Origin: Eledone cirrhosa
Taxonomy: Eukaryota
Assembly (NCBI GenBank): GCA_964016885.1
Contig: OZ024743.1
Span: 166,966,001-167,030,000 of the forward strand
Reading direction: 5' to 3'
Length of the DNA: 64,000 bases
Shown: positions 1 through 12,505 of the stretch, in pieces
How positions within the stretch are numbered: position 1 is the first letter of the stretch
How the letters are laid out: every line of letters begins with the position of its first letter
The notes under the pieces: generated by a model
The model's database searches: none
Seen by the model: only the letters and a program-made list of their open reading frames with translations
What the model was told of the DNA's origin: nothing
Program-made: the position numbers and the translations under genes

Positions 1-515
1 TCTTCACTTTCCACTTTTTACTTCCCTATTATCTTTACTACCTGATTTACAAAAGTCACTTGCGTTTTCCACTCCAGATAATTTCTGTTATTTCGCAGCC
101 ATTTTTTATATTTTTATATTTGTACTCAATTATTCATAAGGTTACACCCTGAATCTATGTGTCTGAACGTCTTTATGTGTGTATACGTCCTGTATATGTA
201 CACGAACGCCTCCGTATGCGCATGTGAGTGCGTGTATATATATGTGTATGTATGTGTGTTTTTATATCTGTGTTTTTATATCTATGTTTCTTACATTCTT
301 ATTTTTATGTGTGTGCGTGTAAGCGGGTCAATGTACGTGAATATGTTTGTGTGTATGTGTGTATATATATATATTTATTGTATTGTATGTATGGATGTGG
401 ATATGTGCGTGTGTGTATATATATGTATATATATGTAGGAGGTGAGTTTTATTGTAGTACAATAAAGCAATGAAGATATCGGATAAGAAGCACTCTACAG
501 TTTGTAGGACTGGAG

Positions 516-871
516 TATACATAATATATAAGAACAACAGATGGTTAAAAGAGTTCCATGTATTTTATTATGCGCATTTCAAAAACAAATATCATCATGC
601 AATAATATTTGTGTTTTCATCAGATAAAACAGGAAGACATGATATGAAGGTTAAAAAACACTTGTGGATAGTGCAGTTTTAAATCAACATTGATATGTTG
701 ATTTAAAACTGCACTATCCACAAGTGTTTTTTAACCTTCATATCATGTCTTCCTGTTTTATCTGATGAAAACACAAATATTATTGCATGATGATATTTGT
801 TTTTGAAATGCGCATAATAAAATACATGGAACTCTTTTAACCATCTTTTGTTCTTATATATTATATGTATA
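516..871. repeat. Near-perfect fold-back inverted repeat (~170-bp arms, 4-nt loop 691-694), PLE-terminus derived
   Basis: Arms are reverse complements around ...aaatcaacat|tgat|atgttgattt...; each arm carries a hammerhead motif. Confidence 0.95.
755..824 (+). ncRNA. Minimal type-I hammerhead ribozyme (mirror copy on minus strand 561-630)
   Basis: TTTTAT-CTGATGA-stem II (aaacacaaatat...atatttgttttt)-GAAA-TGCGCA-TA-ATAAAA; palindromic stem III ATGCGCAT as in PLE hammerheads. Confidence 0.8.
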
Positions 872-1463
872 TATATATATATGTGTATACAGTCGCGTAC
901 GTACGTGTGATTAATATATACATGGGATGATATGTATGTATATGTATACGTGCATCCTGTGTAAGTATGTACGCATGCATACGCTTTTGTCTGTACGTAT
1001 TGCGTGTATATATATATATATTTTCTTATAGATATATGTTTTTATAGATATATGTGTATGTACGTGTGTACCTTCTTTTCTTCTCTTTTCTTTTCTCTAG
1101 CGTTAATCGACTACTTTCTCTTTCTTTTTTTCTTTCTCACATATTATTTAATTTTTATACATATATCGAGAATGACATCTGGATTTCGTGTCAACTAGAT
1201 TATATCCGTATTTGTGGTTACATATACACAAATATACTTGCCCTCATATATGTACTTACGCACACATTTTCACCATACACACGCATTTGTACATACATAC
1301 ATATGTACATTTGTAAGTGTATATACATACATATACACACACCTAACTATATTTCCTTATATTTTTTTTATATATTTTATATGTCTATTGCATTACCCTT
1401 ATTTATATATATATATTTTTATATTTCTTGAGGAGACTTTCCAAATATTTCACTATGTTTTAT

Positions 1464-1541
1464 ATTACCTTGTCCGACGAACGAATGAGGACGTTTCTTT
1501 CGTATTCATCTTATTCGGGAAACCCCTGGTAATGAGGTAAT
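1464..1541 (+). ncRNA. Variant hammerhead motif (CCGACGA core)
   Basis: attaccttgt-CCGACGA-cgaatgag...cttattcg-g-GAAA-cccctgg-TA-atgaggtaat; 10-bp stem I with G-U pairs. Confidence 0.6.
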
Positions 1542-1682
1542 TATATTGTATTGTTTATTATACATTAAATTTTGCTCTGGTACTTACATAGAGCACACTT
1601 CACTCCTATGACCTTTTCAATTCCAACGGAAACTTCATTACTTATATATATATATATACATTTATATATATATATATATATA

Positions 1683-3553
1683 AATGTATATATAGTGTAT
1701 TTGGTAATACACTGTATGCTTAATTAAAAACATTTTGAAGACCTTACACTATTGTTTTAAAGTAGTGACTATGTCACTTCTTTTTTCAACAAAGGGAGAT
1801 AAGCTGACAGATTTCTCTTTCATACTGTTAGTATTCCTCAGAGCTTAGCACTCCCTTTGCCTGTTGAAAATTATGAATGTTGGATTCTTATAGAATTCCA
1901 GTAATAATCAGGAACTGATTATACAGAGCGGTTGCCGGTCCAGCAAAAATTGAAAATTAGAATTGGTGCTCTGAAATAGCGATGTATATATGAATGTATA
2001 TATAGTGTATTTGGTAATACATGTAGGATTCACATGCAGCAGCTGTGCTGAAACAGCAAGCAGCAAACAGCCACAGGAAACAAGTACCACCAATCTCTGG
2101 GAGGGCCCTGTAGAAACAGTAGACAGCTTCTGCTACCTAGGTGACCGAATTAGCAACGGAGGTGGGTGTTCAGAAAGTACAATAACTAGAGTAAGAACGG
2201 GATGGAAGAAGTTTAGGGAACTACTACCACTGCTAGCTGCAAAAGGCTTCTCCCTCAGAATGAAAGGCAGACTGTATGATGCGTGTATCCGAACAGCGAT
2301 GTTGCATGGTAGTGAGACCTGGGCGCTGAAGGTGGAAGACTTACGTAGATTAGAGAGAAACGAAGCCTGCATGCTCCGATGGATGTGTAACAGTAATATA
2401 CGTGAACGACAAAGCATAAATGAATTGAGAGAGAGACTGAGCATAAGAGGAATCAAATGCTGTGTGCAGGAGAGGCGGTTGCGTTGGTATGGACATGTGA
2501 TGCATATGAAGGATGATAGCTGCATAAAAAGGTGCAGAGCACTAGAAGTTGATGGAAACCGCGGAGTGGGGAGACCCAAGATGACCTGGGATGAGGTGAT
2601 AAAAGCCGACCTTACCCAATTACACCTCTCAAAGACAATGACACACGACCGTGACTTCTGGCGTCACGCAGTAATACAGAGTACCCAACCTCCCATGGGT
2701 ACATGCTGAAGCATATAAACAATATGCCCCCACACACCCCACCGCAAGGTGGTCGTGGAGGTGCCACGGCAAAAAAGCACCCAGCCCACACTGTAAAGTG
2801 GACGTGTAGGCGCCACGAAAAAGCACCCAGCACTCACTGTAAATGAGGTTGGTGTTAGGAAGGGCATCCAGCTGTAGAAATCAAGCCAGATCAGTTCCTG
2901 TATGAGCAAGGCATGGTCAGCCGACCAGACACTGCACACAACAGGACAACCCATCTAACCCATGCTAGCGTGGAAGAACGGACGTAAAACGGTGATGATG
3001 ATGATGATGATGATGACTGTGTGCTTAATTAAAAGCATTTTGAAGACCTTATCCTATGTCACTTACTTCTTTTTTCAACAAACAAAGGCAGATAAGCTGA
3101 CAGATCTCTGTTTCATACTGTTAGTATTCCTCAGAGCTTAGTACTCCCTTTGCCTGTTGAAAATTATGAATGTTGGATTCTTATAGAATTCCAGTAATAA
3201 TCAGGAACTGATTACACATAGCTATTTCAGAGCACCAATTCTAATTTTCAATTTTTGCTGGACCGGCAACCGCTCTGTATAATCAGTTCCTGATTATTAC
3301 TGGAATTCTATAAGAATCCAACATTCATAATTTTCAACAGTCAAAGGGAGTGCTAAGCTTTAGGAATACCAACAGTATGAAACAAAGATCTGTCAGCTTA
3401 TCTCCCTTTGTTTGTTGAAAAAAGAAGTGACATAGTCACTACTTTAAAACAATAGCGTAAGGTTTTCAAAATGCTTTTAATTAAGCATACAGTGCATTAC
3501 CAAATACACTATATATATACATTCATATATACATTGCTATTTCAGAGCACCAA

Positions 3554-3560
<7 letters not shown>
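1683..3560. repeat. ~310-bp monomer in tandem then inverted arrangement, interrupted by an RTE
   Basis: aatgtatatatagtgtatttggtaataca recurs at 1683 and 1994; unit resumes at 3017 after the RTE; 3215-3560 is a reverse-complement copy. Confidence 0.85.
2022..3016 (+). mobile_element. 5'-truncated RTE LINE (family B): ORF C-terminus, 3'UTR and (GAT)n tail
   Basis: ORF 1990-2709: VDSFCYLGD...LHGSETW...RRLRWYGHV...GRPKMTW; ends aaaacggtgatgatgat. Confidence 0.93.
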
Positions 3561-3594
<34 letters not shown>

Positions 3595-3774
3595 AGGGTC
3601 ATATTGTTGTAATAATATTGCCAGAAATAACAGAACACACTCACTGTTTGGCTGGTTTTCACTTCTGTATCTTTTATATCTCCACAGTTAATTTATCCAG
3701 TCCTCAATGTTTATCATTGACTGACCAACGGTCAAAAATAGATATAATATAGATATAAACACATATATATAGTC

Positions 3775-3819
3775 TAACAAAGGTCTTTCATTGCACATCT
3801 GCAACATCATCAGTGGTAC
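3775..3819 (-). ncRNA. Degenerate hammerhead motif at PLE 3' end
   Basis: Minus strand: acca-CTGATGA-t-gttgca-gatg-tgcaat-GAAA-gacc-TT-tgtt; stems I and III imperfect. Confidence 0.5.
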
Positions 3820-6295
3820 TAATATGTTCCTCCTGTTGTATTGTATGTCTACGCCATTTTTATTTTATCTGTTTATTTATTTATTTATTTGTTGTCTTCT
3901 TCTCTGCGCATGCGTTTGCATGTGTGTTCGCGTTTGGGTGACTGTGTTTTGGTTATTGTATTCTATCTTAGTTTACTAGTGTGTGTTTATATGTGTTTGT
4001 TGTTATTGTGTATATATTTATTTATATTTCTCTTGAGTCAGTATTGTTTGTTTGGGTATTGTTGTTATTCCATTCATTCTTTGTTTAGTTTTGGCCTTCT
4101 AAGCTCTATTTCGCTTGCCTCTCAGATTTGCCTACCTGTTGGGTCATTTCTATGTTTAGATATTATTTTAATTTCTATGTTGTCTATGTTACCATCATGT
4201 TGTTTCTGGCGTGTTCATATATTACTGAACCGTTTTTTCGTCCTTTTAATTCCCCCCAGTGTTGGTCTATTCTTTCTCCTATGCTACGAGCTGTCTCGCC
4301 TATGTATGTTGTTGTCATGTTTCTGCAAGTACCCTCTGTACATCTTATGCTATAGACTACGTTTCTAGTTTTACAGTTTATCTGGGGGTTTACTTTACAT
4401 ATAACACATTTACTATTACTACAGTGGGTTTTCTTAAAAGGGTATTTTTGCTGATCAGGGATTTTATGGCAGTTCCTGGCTTTTCTACCACTTTAATCTT
4501 TAAGTGGGTCTTTCTCAGGACCTTTCTACACTGGTTAGCTAATTTCCCTCCAGGAGTAGCGTCCAAGAACATGACACTCTGCTATCTCTGGTTGTCTTAC
4601 CATGAGGTGGCTTTCCCTATCTTATGTTTAGTACTATCTAAGCTATTCCATGATTTGCTCTTGTATAATGGGCAAATTCCTTTCATGTACAGTTCTATGA
4701 GGGTCTTATATTTCTCTGTGGCTCCTTTTATACTCTGATTCTGTCTCTTTGGTTGTAGCCAGAGAACTGCATGCAATTGATGAAGTGTTGAATGTGTCTT
4801 TCCATGTGTCCACATGCAGGACACATTCTTCATCACTCTTACCAAGTCTGTGATCAGAATATTAAACTTAGCACTAATGGACATTGCTGAGTTTTTGAGT
4901 ATCAGGTATTTGGAGGCCATGGGTTTAGCATAGTGTGAGTGGAGAATTTGGTCCCTCTTGTCTATAGTGTTAATCCAGAGTTCTGTGTCTAATACAGGTA
5001 GTCTATTATCAGGGTGTTTGGAAGGGGAGTCGATAGTTACAGTTATACTCTGGTGTATGGAGTTAGCTATCTGCTGGATGCTTTCCATTGTGCTATGTTC
5101 TAAATCATATTTGTTGTATTCTCTTGTGGGGATGTCCTTATTACTATATTAATATCGTCTACATAACGAGAGTACATGATGAGGTCTATGGAGTTCTCAT
5201 CAAGGAGATCTTTGAGTCTCCTTTCCCACCATACCATAAAAAGGTTGGCAACGTCACCAGCTATGCTGACGCCAATGGCTGCTCCCTCATTTTGGGTGTA
5301 GATCTTTTCGTTGAATTTGAATATATGGCCCTTGGTAGTTTTAATACTATGGTAGTTTTATAATGGTAGTTTTAATACTAGCCCCTATTGCATGCGCAAC
5401 CATTTTTTGTACCTGATCATTGTTTTTGGGGTCCATATGGCTTTGGTCCACCCAATGTTCCTTCCTATGGGAGTCATTTTTGCCATTGAATTTATGGTGG
5501 GGGTCTACCTCTTATGGGTCTACTGGGGTAGAAACGGCTATGGTCATGGCTGTCTAGGTACTCGGTGTCATAGGTAAATCTAAGTAGGAGGCCCAGTTCA
5601 TCTGTGTCGACGTCGCAGAACTCCATCTCACTCTCACTGATCATCTCCACACATTTTTCCACAGCAAAATCAATGTTAATGGATGGATATAGTGACACCA
5701 CGTCCATACTACCTATTATGCAGTTAGATAGGTTTTTGTTTTTGTTGCACTCGTTGATTCTGCTGAAGAAGTCCTCTGTACTGTCACATACATCTGGGGA
5801 CATCTTGATTATGGGGCGTATAACCATTGAGAGGAAGTAGGAGATCCTGTAGTTGCTAGCAATATTGGCTCCGCATACAGGTCTTGTTGGTGGCCCTGTT
5901 GTCGGGTTGTTGACTGTCTTATGGTCTTTGCGTAGCCCATACAAGGGTGGTATGTCATTGTTAGACGCCTGGAAGTTGTTGGCAGTGCGTCTGCTTGGCT
6001 TTAGGATGTCGGTCCACATCATCATGTGAGCATTGAGGATTTTCTCTCTCCCCTCATGTATTTGTTGTGTAATTTCGCTTATGTTGGTGATGTGGGTTGC
6101 ATAGCCTTGATGTAATTTGGCATGCTGTCTATCGACATCCTACCAGACTTCTCTGTGGGTAGACACACTACCTCACCATCCCTTGTGCGCTGCTTGAGGC
6201 TAACTAAGCCTTCTACAGGTTTCCTTCCAAGTTGTTGGACCTCTGGTCTGTTTTGTCTCTTAGTATATTAGTCTACTATTTGTCTAATCTTATTT
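3775..6295 (-). mobile_element. Degenerate Penelope-like element (RT + GIY-YIG endonuclease)
   Basis: PPLYGLRKDHK..TRPVCGA..GSMDVVSLYPSI (5492-6025), YVDD near 5160, LPVLDTELW, and NVVYSIRC..YIGETARSIGER at ~4265-4365; stops and frameshifts present. Confidence 0.88.
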
Positions 6296-6299
6296 CTAG

Positions 6300-7430
6300 C
6301 TATGCCTTAGTATTTGACACCATCTGCCTGTCTTGCTGTCTAACTAGCAGGAAGTCAATCTGGCTTATGTGCTCGCCTGATTTGTAGGTTATTAGGTGGT
6401 TGGTAGGCTTCTGGAAGTTAGTGTTGCAAATGGTTAGTGCATTTGCATCACAAAATTCAAGAAGCCTCACTCCTTCATTTCTTGAGCCGTAACCGTGCCC
6501 ACCATGTACCCCAGTATAACCATCCTGGAGCTGTCCAACATGTCCATTGAAGTCCCCTGCTAGCATAACGATGTCTCCGTCCTCTGTCGTTGAGGCTGCT
6601 TGTAAAAGTTGCTCATAAAAGCAGTCTTTCTCTTCTTTACCTAGGCCAGCCCGGGGAGCATAGGCAGAGATGATTGTCAGTAGTCTCCTGCCTACAACTA
6701 ATCTAAGCTTAATTATTCTATTACTAACTCTAACTACCTCTATTGTCTTATTGATCCATCTCTCAGCCAGTAATATGCCCACCCCACCTAACCCATCATC
6801 ATTACCCACCCAGAAAAGCTTATAACTAAGATGTTTGCCTGCGATTAGTCTTGCAGAAGCACCTGTCCATCTCACCTCTTGCACACAGCACACATCCACA
6901 TGTCTTCTCTCCAGTATCTCTGCTATCTCACCAGATCTACCTGTTACAGTGCCAACATTAAGTGTGGCAACTCTGAGATGCGACGTCTTGTTCTTTTTCC
7001 TGTTGTGCGATTGCTTGATGACAGTCGGGGGGTTCTCGCACATGGCCTCACCAGCCACCCCACTACCGTGCGCAGCCCTAACATGGTTAGTTTTATTGCT
7101 GTTGTCGCAGTTGTTGCAATTCTCACTTGTTGTGCTCGTAGTTTTTGGCAGTAGTATATATACTGGTTGGATGCCCTCCCTAACACCAGCACCACTTTAC
7201 AGCATGGACTGGATGCTTTTATTAGTGCCACCAGCACTAGAGAGGTTGTCTTACTGGAGTCAGGGGCCCTATCCACCCCTCCATTTTACAGCATTGAGTG
7301 GGTGCTTTTATTCGTGCTACCAGCACTAGGTAAGTTGTCTTACTACCCCGCACCAATTTATTCGGAGTGGTAGCTCTCCTAGACGGGTTGCCTACACTAC
7401 GGCTTACGGAGCCTCCGTCCGCCCCTTGTC
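6300..7430 (-). mobile_element. RTE LINE 5' part only (5'UTR + APE endonuclease), related to family A
   Basis: ORF 6300-7058: TLNVGT..CCVQEVRW..SAYAP..GDFNGHVG..SQIDF; very similar to 37835-39649. Confidence 0.92.
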
Positions 7431-7560
7431 TGTTCTATGCTATATTCACGAGGGAGTGGTTATCATACAGCGTCAGGCAAGTATACCGAATGTGGGAAGG
7501 AAAATGGCGTTTACGTACAAATTTATAAAAGATTCAACACAGATTATATCACATACAAAT

Positions 7561-7599
<39 letters not shown>

Positions 7600-7607
<8 letters not shown>

Positions 7608-9366
7608 ACAGGAGGCTGGACTGGTGTAAATCCTTGAAAGGTTTATTATACTATGATCATTTCAATGACCGGGATCAGTATGAATACTGTGATATCATCA
7701 GGTATTCAAAATATATAAGCCGTTACATCTGTCGAATCATCGCGTGTTACCAAACCATTATTATATATTCACACCCGTGATGTGAGGTTGAAAGTGGTAA
7801 AACCCGATGAAATGCGCAAAAAGACTATATTTAGTCCCCAGTTAGTCCAGGTTATAGGTAGTGTGGTTCTTAGGTGGGTAGGGGGAGTGAATAAAGATAA
7901 ACAGGTATCTCCATCACCACCCTGGTTATGACGGCGTTCTATTTATGTATTTTTATTTATGCATTTTTATTTTTGTATTCTGCTTTTTATTCATGTATTT
8001 TGCTTATTGTTCCTTTTATTTAAGTATCTATTTACTCGCTTTACTCTCATTATATACTTATTGTGCTCATTAGCACACAACACTAGAATATTACTCTGTG
8101 TACCCTTATACCTGTTTATCTTTATTCACTCCTCCTACCCACCTAAGAACCACACTACCTATAACCTGGACTAACTGGGGACTAAATATAGTCTTTTTGT
8201 GCATTTCATCGGGTTTTACCACTTTCAACCTCACATCACGGGTGTGAATATATAATAATCGTTTGGTAACACACGATGATCCGACAGATGTGACGGCTTT
8301 CCCAGCTGCACGCCGGGCGCTCATGTGGTTAAGCCTTCCTTGAGTGCTTGGAAAAACAAATTTCCCCTTCTTTCGGTAAACAAAATTACTCAGTACGGCT
8401 GCTTCGCCCCGGGGCCCGCCGGTTTTGAACGCCAAATAGTACCTTTAAATTTCTAGGCTTAATCATAACTATGAGCTGTATCATGACTCCCTCTGCTGAC
8501 ATGTAAATAAATCCTCCTCCTGTGTGAATTAATAGTATTCGTTTGGTATAGACGATGGCCTGACGGCGATGGCGGACTTCCCGCTAGCACACCCGGCGCC
8601 TAAGACAGTTACATTCCTGGAGTGCTCGGAAAAATAAATTTCCATTTCTTTTGCTAGACGATATCACTCGGAATGGCTGACACATGGTTAGGAAGGGCTG
8701 GCCGGGATCTGCAGTCGTCGCTAATTATTGACTGCTAAACAAGGGCTTAATCTTTACTCTATATACTACCCTGAAAACTTATTGAGACTATCTATAATAC
8801 ACTTAAACTTTTTCATAAAAGACTCTTCCTGTAAATTCTTTAACTAAATCTCACAACCCAAACCTTAAACTTTATTTCTCTTATTTCATCCTATAACTCT
8901 AAACATAAGTTTAACGTTCCTAATTGCTCACCGAAATTTCTGTCCACACATTATACCATACAGACGCCCACTATATATGCCTTTGTTAAAGATGTATGTG
9001 CTATGGAAAAAACATTTTTCGCGGCAATTTTTAGCACGCACGGTCAGCCTGATTGTGGCATGACCATTTCTCTTTGACGGGGAGGTAGTAGTACATTATA
9101 AGCTTACGCCCCCTCACCAGATGGTCATAAGTAGACTTAATAATCAACACTCAAGGGCGGCCGACTGAGGTAGAAGCTGCTAAATAGTCGGTTGTCCTCT
9201 TGTCTCTGATTTTCAGCCCCCATGGATTTTATCTGTTATATTCCTTTGTTATATTTCGAATACCTGATGATATCACCGGATTCATACTGAACCCGGTCAT
9301 TGAAATGATCATAGTATAATAAACCTTTGAAGGATTTACACCAGTCCAGCCTCCTGTTATTTTATA
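7600..9366. repeat. Non-coding element with nested inverted repeats (7600-7717/9250-9366 and 7718-7907/8107-8297)
   Basis: ataaaataacaggaggctggactggtgtaaatcct at left is the reverse complement of 9331-9366; inner arms ~190 bp. Confidence 0.88.
9260..9317 (+). ncRNA. Minimal hammerhead ribozyme (mirror copy on minus strand 7648-7705)
   Basis: atac-CTGATGA-tatcaccgg...ccggtcatt-GAAA-TGATCA-TA-gtat; palindromic stem III ATGATCAT. Confidence 0.7.
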
Positions 9367-9867
9367 ATAATTAACTCCGTACTCGCACCACCAACTACAC
9401 AAACGAAGACGGGTGAGTTGCATTACGTTGAGTACTCTCCATAATATTACATCGAGATTGACCATACGGAATGACCAGTTCTATCCAGTGGTGAACCAAC
9501 TAACCTAAATAAATATATATATATATACAAATCTCATACATATATACATACAAATCACATGCAAATATTTATATATATATAAAACTGTAGTTGTCTGTGT
9601 GTCCTCATTTTTGCAAAGTCTATACAAATCCACATTTCTACTCCGATTGACTTCAAATTTGCAATTATATATTCCTTGTGGTCTAAAGATATTAACTGCA
9701 GCTGTTATTTTTCAATTTTCTGTAGGTAAATGGGTGTTAGGCGCCAGTTATCGATCTCCGTCGAGCCCTTATGATATCTGTCTGTATGTCTGACTGTCTG
9801 CATTACGTCATTGCTGACGTATTATCTTCGCTACATTCACACACACACACATATATACATATATATT

Positions 9868-9902
<35 letters not shown>

Positions 9903-9904
9903 AC

Positions 9905-10730
9905 ATCATCATCATCATCGTTTAACGTCCATCTTCCACGTTTGCATGGGTTTGGATGGGAGTTTTCCCACTTGAGGCAAGAGTGGTTGTCTTGCTCACA
10001 TAGCACTGTCTGGCGGGTTTTCTGCGGCTGGATGCCCTTCCTAACACCAACCACGTTTACAGTGTGGACTGGGACGTTTTTACCGTGTTACCTACACGGC
10101 CACATTACAGCGTGGACTGTGTTTTTTTGTCGTGACACCTACACGACCTCATTTGTTTCGGACTGGATGTTGTGATACCAACATAACTTTACATTGAAGG
10201 GGCGGTGTGGATGGGGTGGGGGTAGTGGGACGGCGGTGTATTTTATTAGAGGTGCCTACTGACTGTAGGTTTCGCTTTGTACTGTGTAGCGCCAAAGATC
10301 TCGGTCCAGTGACATTGTCTGGAGGTGTAAGTGTGTGAGGTCGGAATTTATCAAGTCGTCCCAGGTTTTTCTGGGTCTGCCTACTCCGTGGCTACCGTCT
10401 ATTTTTATCGCCCTGCACTTTTTTATACAGCTGTCGTCTTTCATGCGCATCACGTGACCATACCAACGTAGTCTTCTCTCGAGTAAACAACATCTGATCC
10501 CTCTTATTTCTAATTTTTCCCTTAGTTCGTTTATGCTTTGCCATTCACGTATATTACTATTACACATCCAGCGGAGCATGCAAGCTTCATTCCTCTCCAG
10601 TCTGCGTATATCCTCTGCACACAATGCCCAGGTCTCACTGCCATGAAACATTTCCTCTGCTTCCCTTCTTGCAAAGTACACTTGTCTCCTAGCTTCCCTC
10701 CTGGCCACTTGATAGTCTTCTCTACTCATA
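9905..10730 (-). mobile_element. Internally deleted RTE LINE (family C)
   Basis: ORF joins YQVARREARRQVYFARREAEE directly to MFHGSETW; 3'UTR and (CAT)n tail at ~9905. Confidence 0.88.
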
Positions 10731-10779
10731 TATACATATACACACACATATATACACATATACATATATATATATACAT

Positions 10780-11530
10780 ATGTAAATGAGGTTGGTGTTA
10801 GGAAGGGCATCCAGCTGTAGAAATCAAGCCAGAATCAGTTCCCGTATGAGCAAGACAAGGTCAGCCGACCGGACACTGTCCACAACAGGACAACCCGTCT
10901 AACCCATGCTAGCGTGGAAGAACGGGCGTAAAACGGTGATGAGGATGATGATATACAAACACATATACACATATATATATATATATACACACACATATAC
11001 ATATATATAAATATACACATAAAAATATATGTATATATACATACACACACACACATATATATATATCATCATCATCATCACCATCGTTTAAACGTCCATC
11101 TTCCACACTAGCATGGGTTAGACGGGGGTTGTGCCACTTGAGGCAAGGTTGGTCGTGTGACCGTGTCTCGCTCGTATAGGACTGACTATCTGGCAGGCTT
11201 TCTACGGCTGGATGCCCTTCCTAACACCAACCACATTTACAGTGTGGAACTGGGAACTTTTTAACCGTGTTACCTACACAGCCACATTACAGTGTGGACT
11301 GTGAGTATTTTTTTTTTTTTTGTCGTGACACCTACACGATCTTGATCTCATTATCTCATTTATTTGGACTGGATGTTGTGGTACCAACTTTACAGAGAGA
11401 GGGTGGTGTTGCTGGGAGTGGGAGGATAAGGTAGGGGTAGTGGATTGGAGTGTATATTTGGTTGAGAGGTGCCTACTGACTGTAGGTTTCGCTTTGTACA
11501 TAGGTAAGGCGGCTCTTCTGTATTACTGCA
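10780..11530. mobile_element. Two RTE 3'UTR/tail fragments in opposite orientation (10780-10950 +, 11065-11530 -)
   Basis: gttggtgttaggaagggcatcc motif and aaacg(atg)n tails. Confidence 0.8.
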
Positions 11531-11737
11531 TAGCTCCATATATATATACATACACACACATATATATATATATATACATACATGCACACACACACATATA
11601 TATATATGTATCTGTGTATATATATATATATATGCACAAATACATTGTAGGTCGCTTTAACTCGTCTTTTATTATTAAAAAAACTTCTTGCCAATAAACA
11701 TTAACCCTTTGTGTGCCATTCATCTAACTGTAAACCA

Positions 11738-12505
11738 CCATCATCATCATCATCATCGTTTAACGTCCATCTTCCACGCTAGCATGGGTTTGGACGGGAA
11801 TTTTCCCACTTGAGGCAAGATTGGTTGTCTTGCTCGTATAGGACTGTCTGACGGGTTTTCTACGGCTGGATGCCCTTCCTAACACCAACCATGTTTACAG
11901 TGTGGACTGGGACGTTTTTACCGTGTTACCTACACGGCCACATTACAGCGTGGACTGTGTGTTTTTTGTCGTGACACCTACACGACCTCATTTGTTTCGG
12001 ACTGGTTGTTGTGGTAACAACATAACTTTACATTGGAAGGGGCGGTGTGGATGGGGTGGGGGTAGTGGGGCCGGGGTGTATTTTTGTTAGAAGTGCCTAC
12101 TGACTGTAGGTTTCGCTTTGTACTTAGACAAGGCGGGTCTTCTGTATTACTGTGTAGCGCCAAAGATCTCAGTCCACTGACATTGTCTTGGAGAGGTGTA
12201 AGTGTGTGAGGTCGGAATTTATCAAGTCGTCCCAGGTTTTTCTGGGTCTGCCTACTCCGTGGCTACCGTCTATTTTTATCGCCCTGCACTTTTTTATACA
12301 GCTGACGTCTTTCTTGCGCATCACGTGACCGTACCAACGTAGTCTTCTCTCGAGTAAACAGCATGTGATCCCTCTTATTTCTAATTTCTCCCTTAGTTCG
12401 TTTATGCTTTGCCGTTCACGTATATTACTATTACACATCCAGCGGGGCATGCAAGCTTCGTTCCTCTCCAGTCTGCGTATATCCTCTGCACACAATGCCC
12501 AGGCC
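11738..12505 (-). mobile_element. 5'-truncated RTE LINE (family C)
   Basis: ORF 12169-12510 WALCAEDIRRLERNE...RRLRWYGHV; 3'UTR matches 9905-10300. Confidence 0.9.

Noticed and set aside
157-1540. Many ORFs rich in Y/I/C/V/M/H/T (also at 10.8-11.7, 13.0, 25.5-26.5, 34.4, 35.5, 53.4 and 57 kb)
   Set aside because: Translations of (TA)n/(TG)n/(CA)n microsatellites, not genes
1914-1990. ctgat-tataca-gagc...gctct-GAAA-tagc as a hammerhead
   Set aside because: No contiguous CUGANGA core after stem I and no valid NUH site in a palindromic stem III
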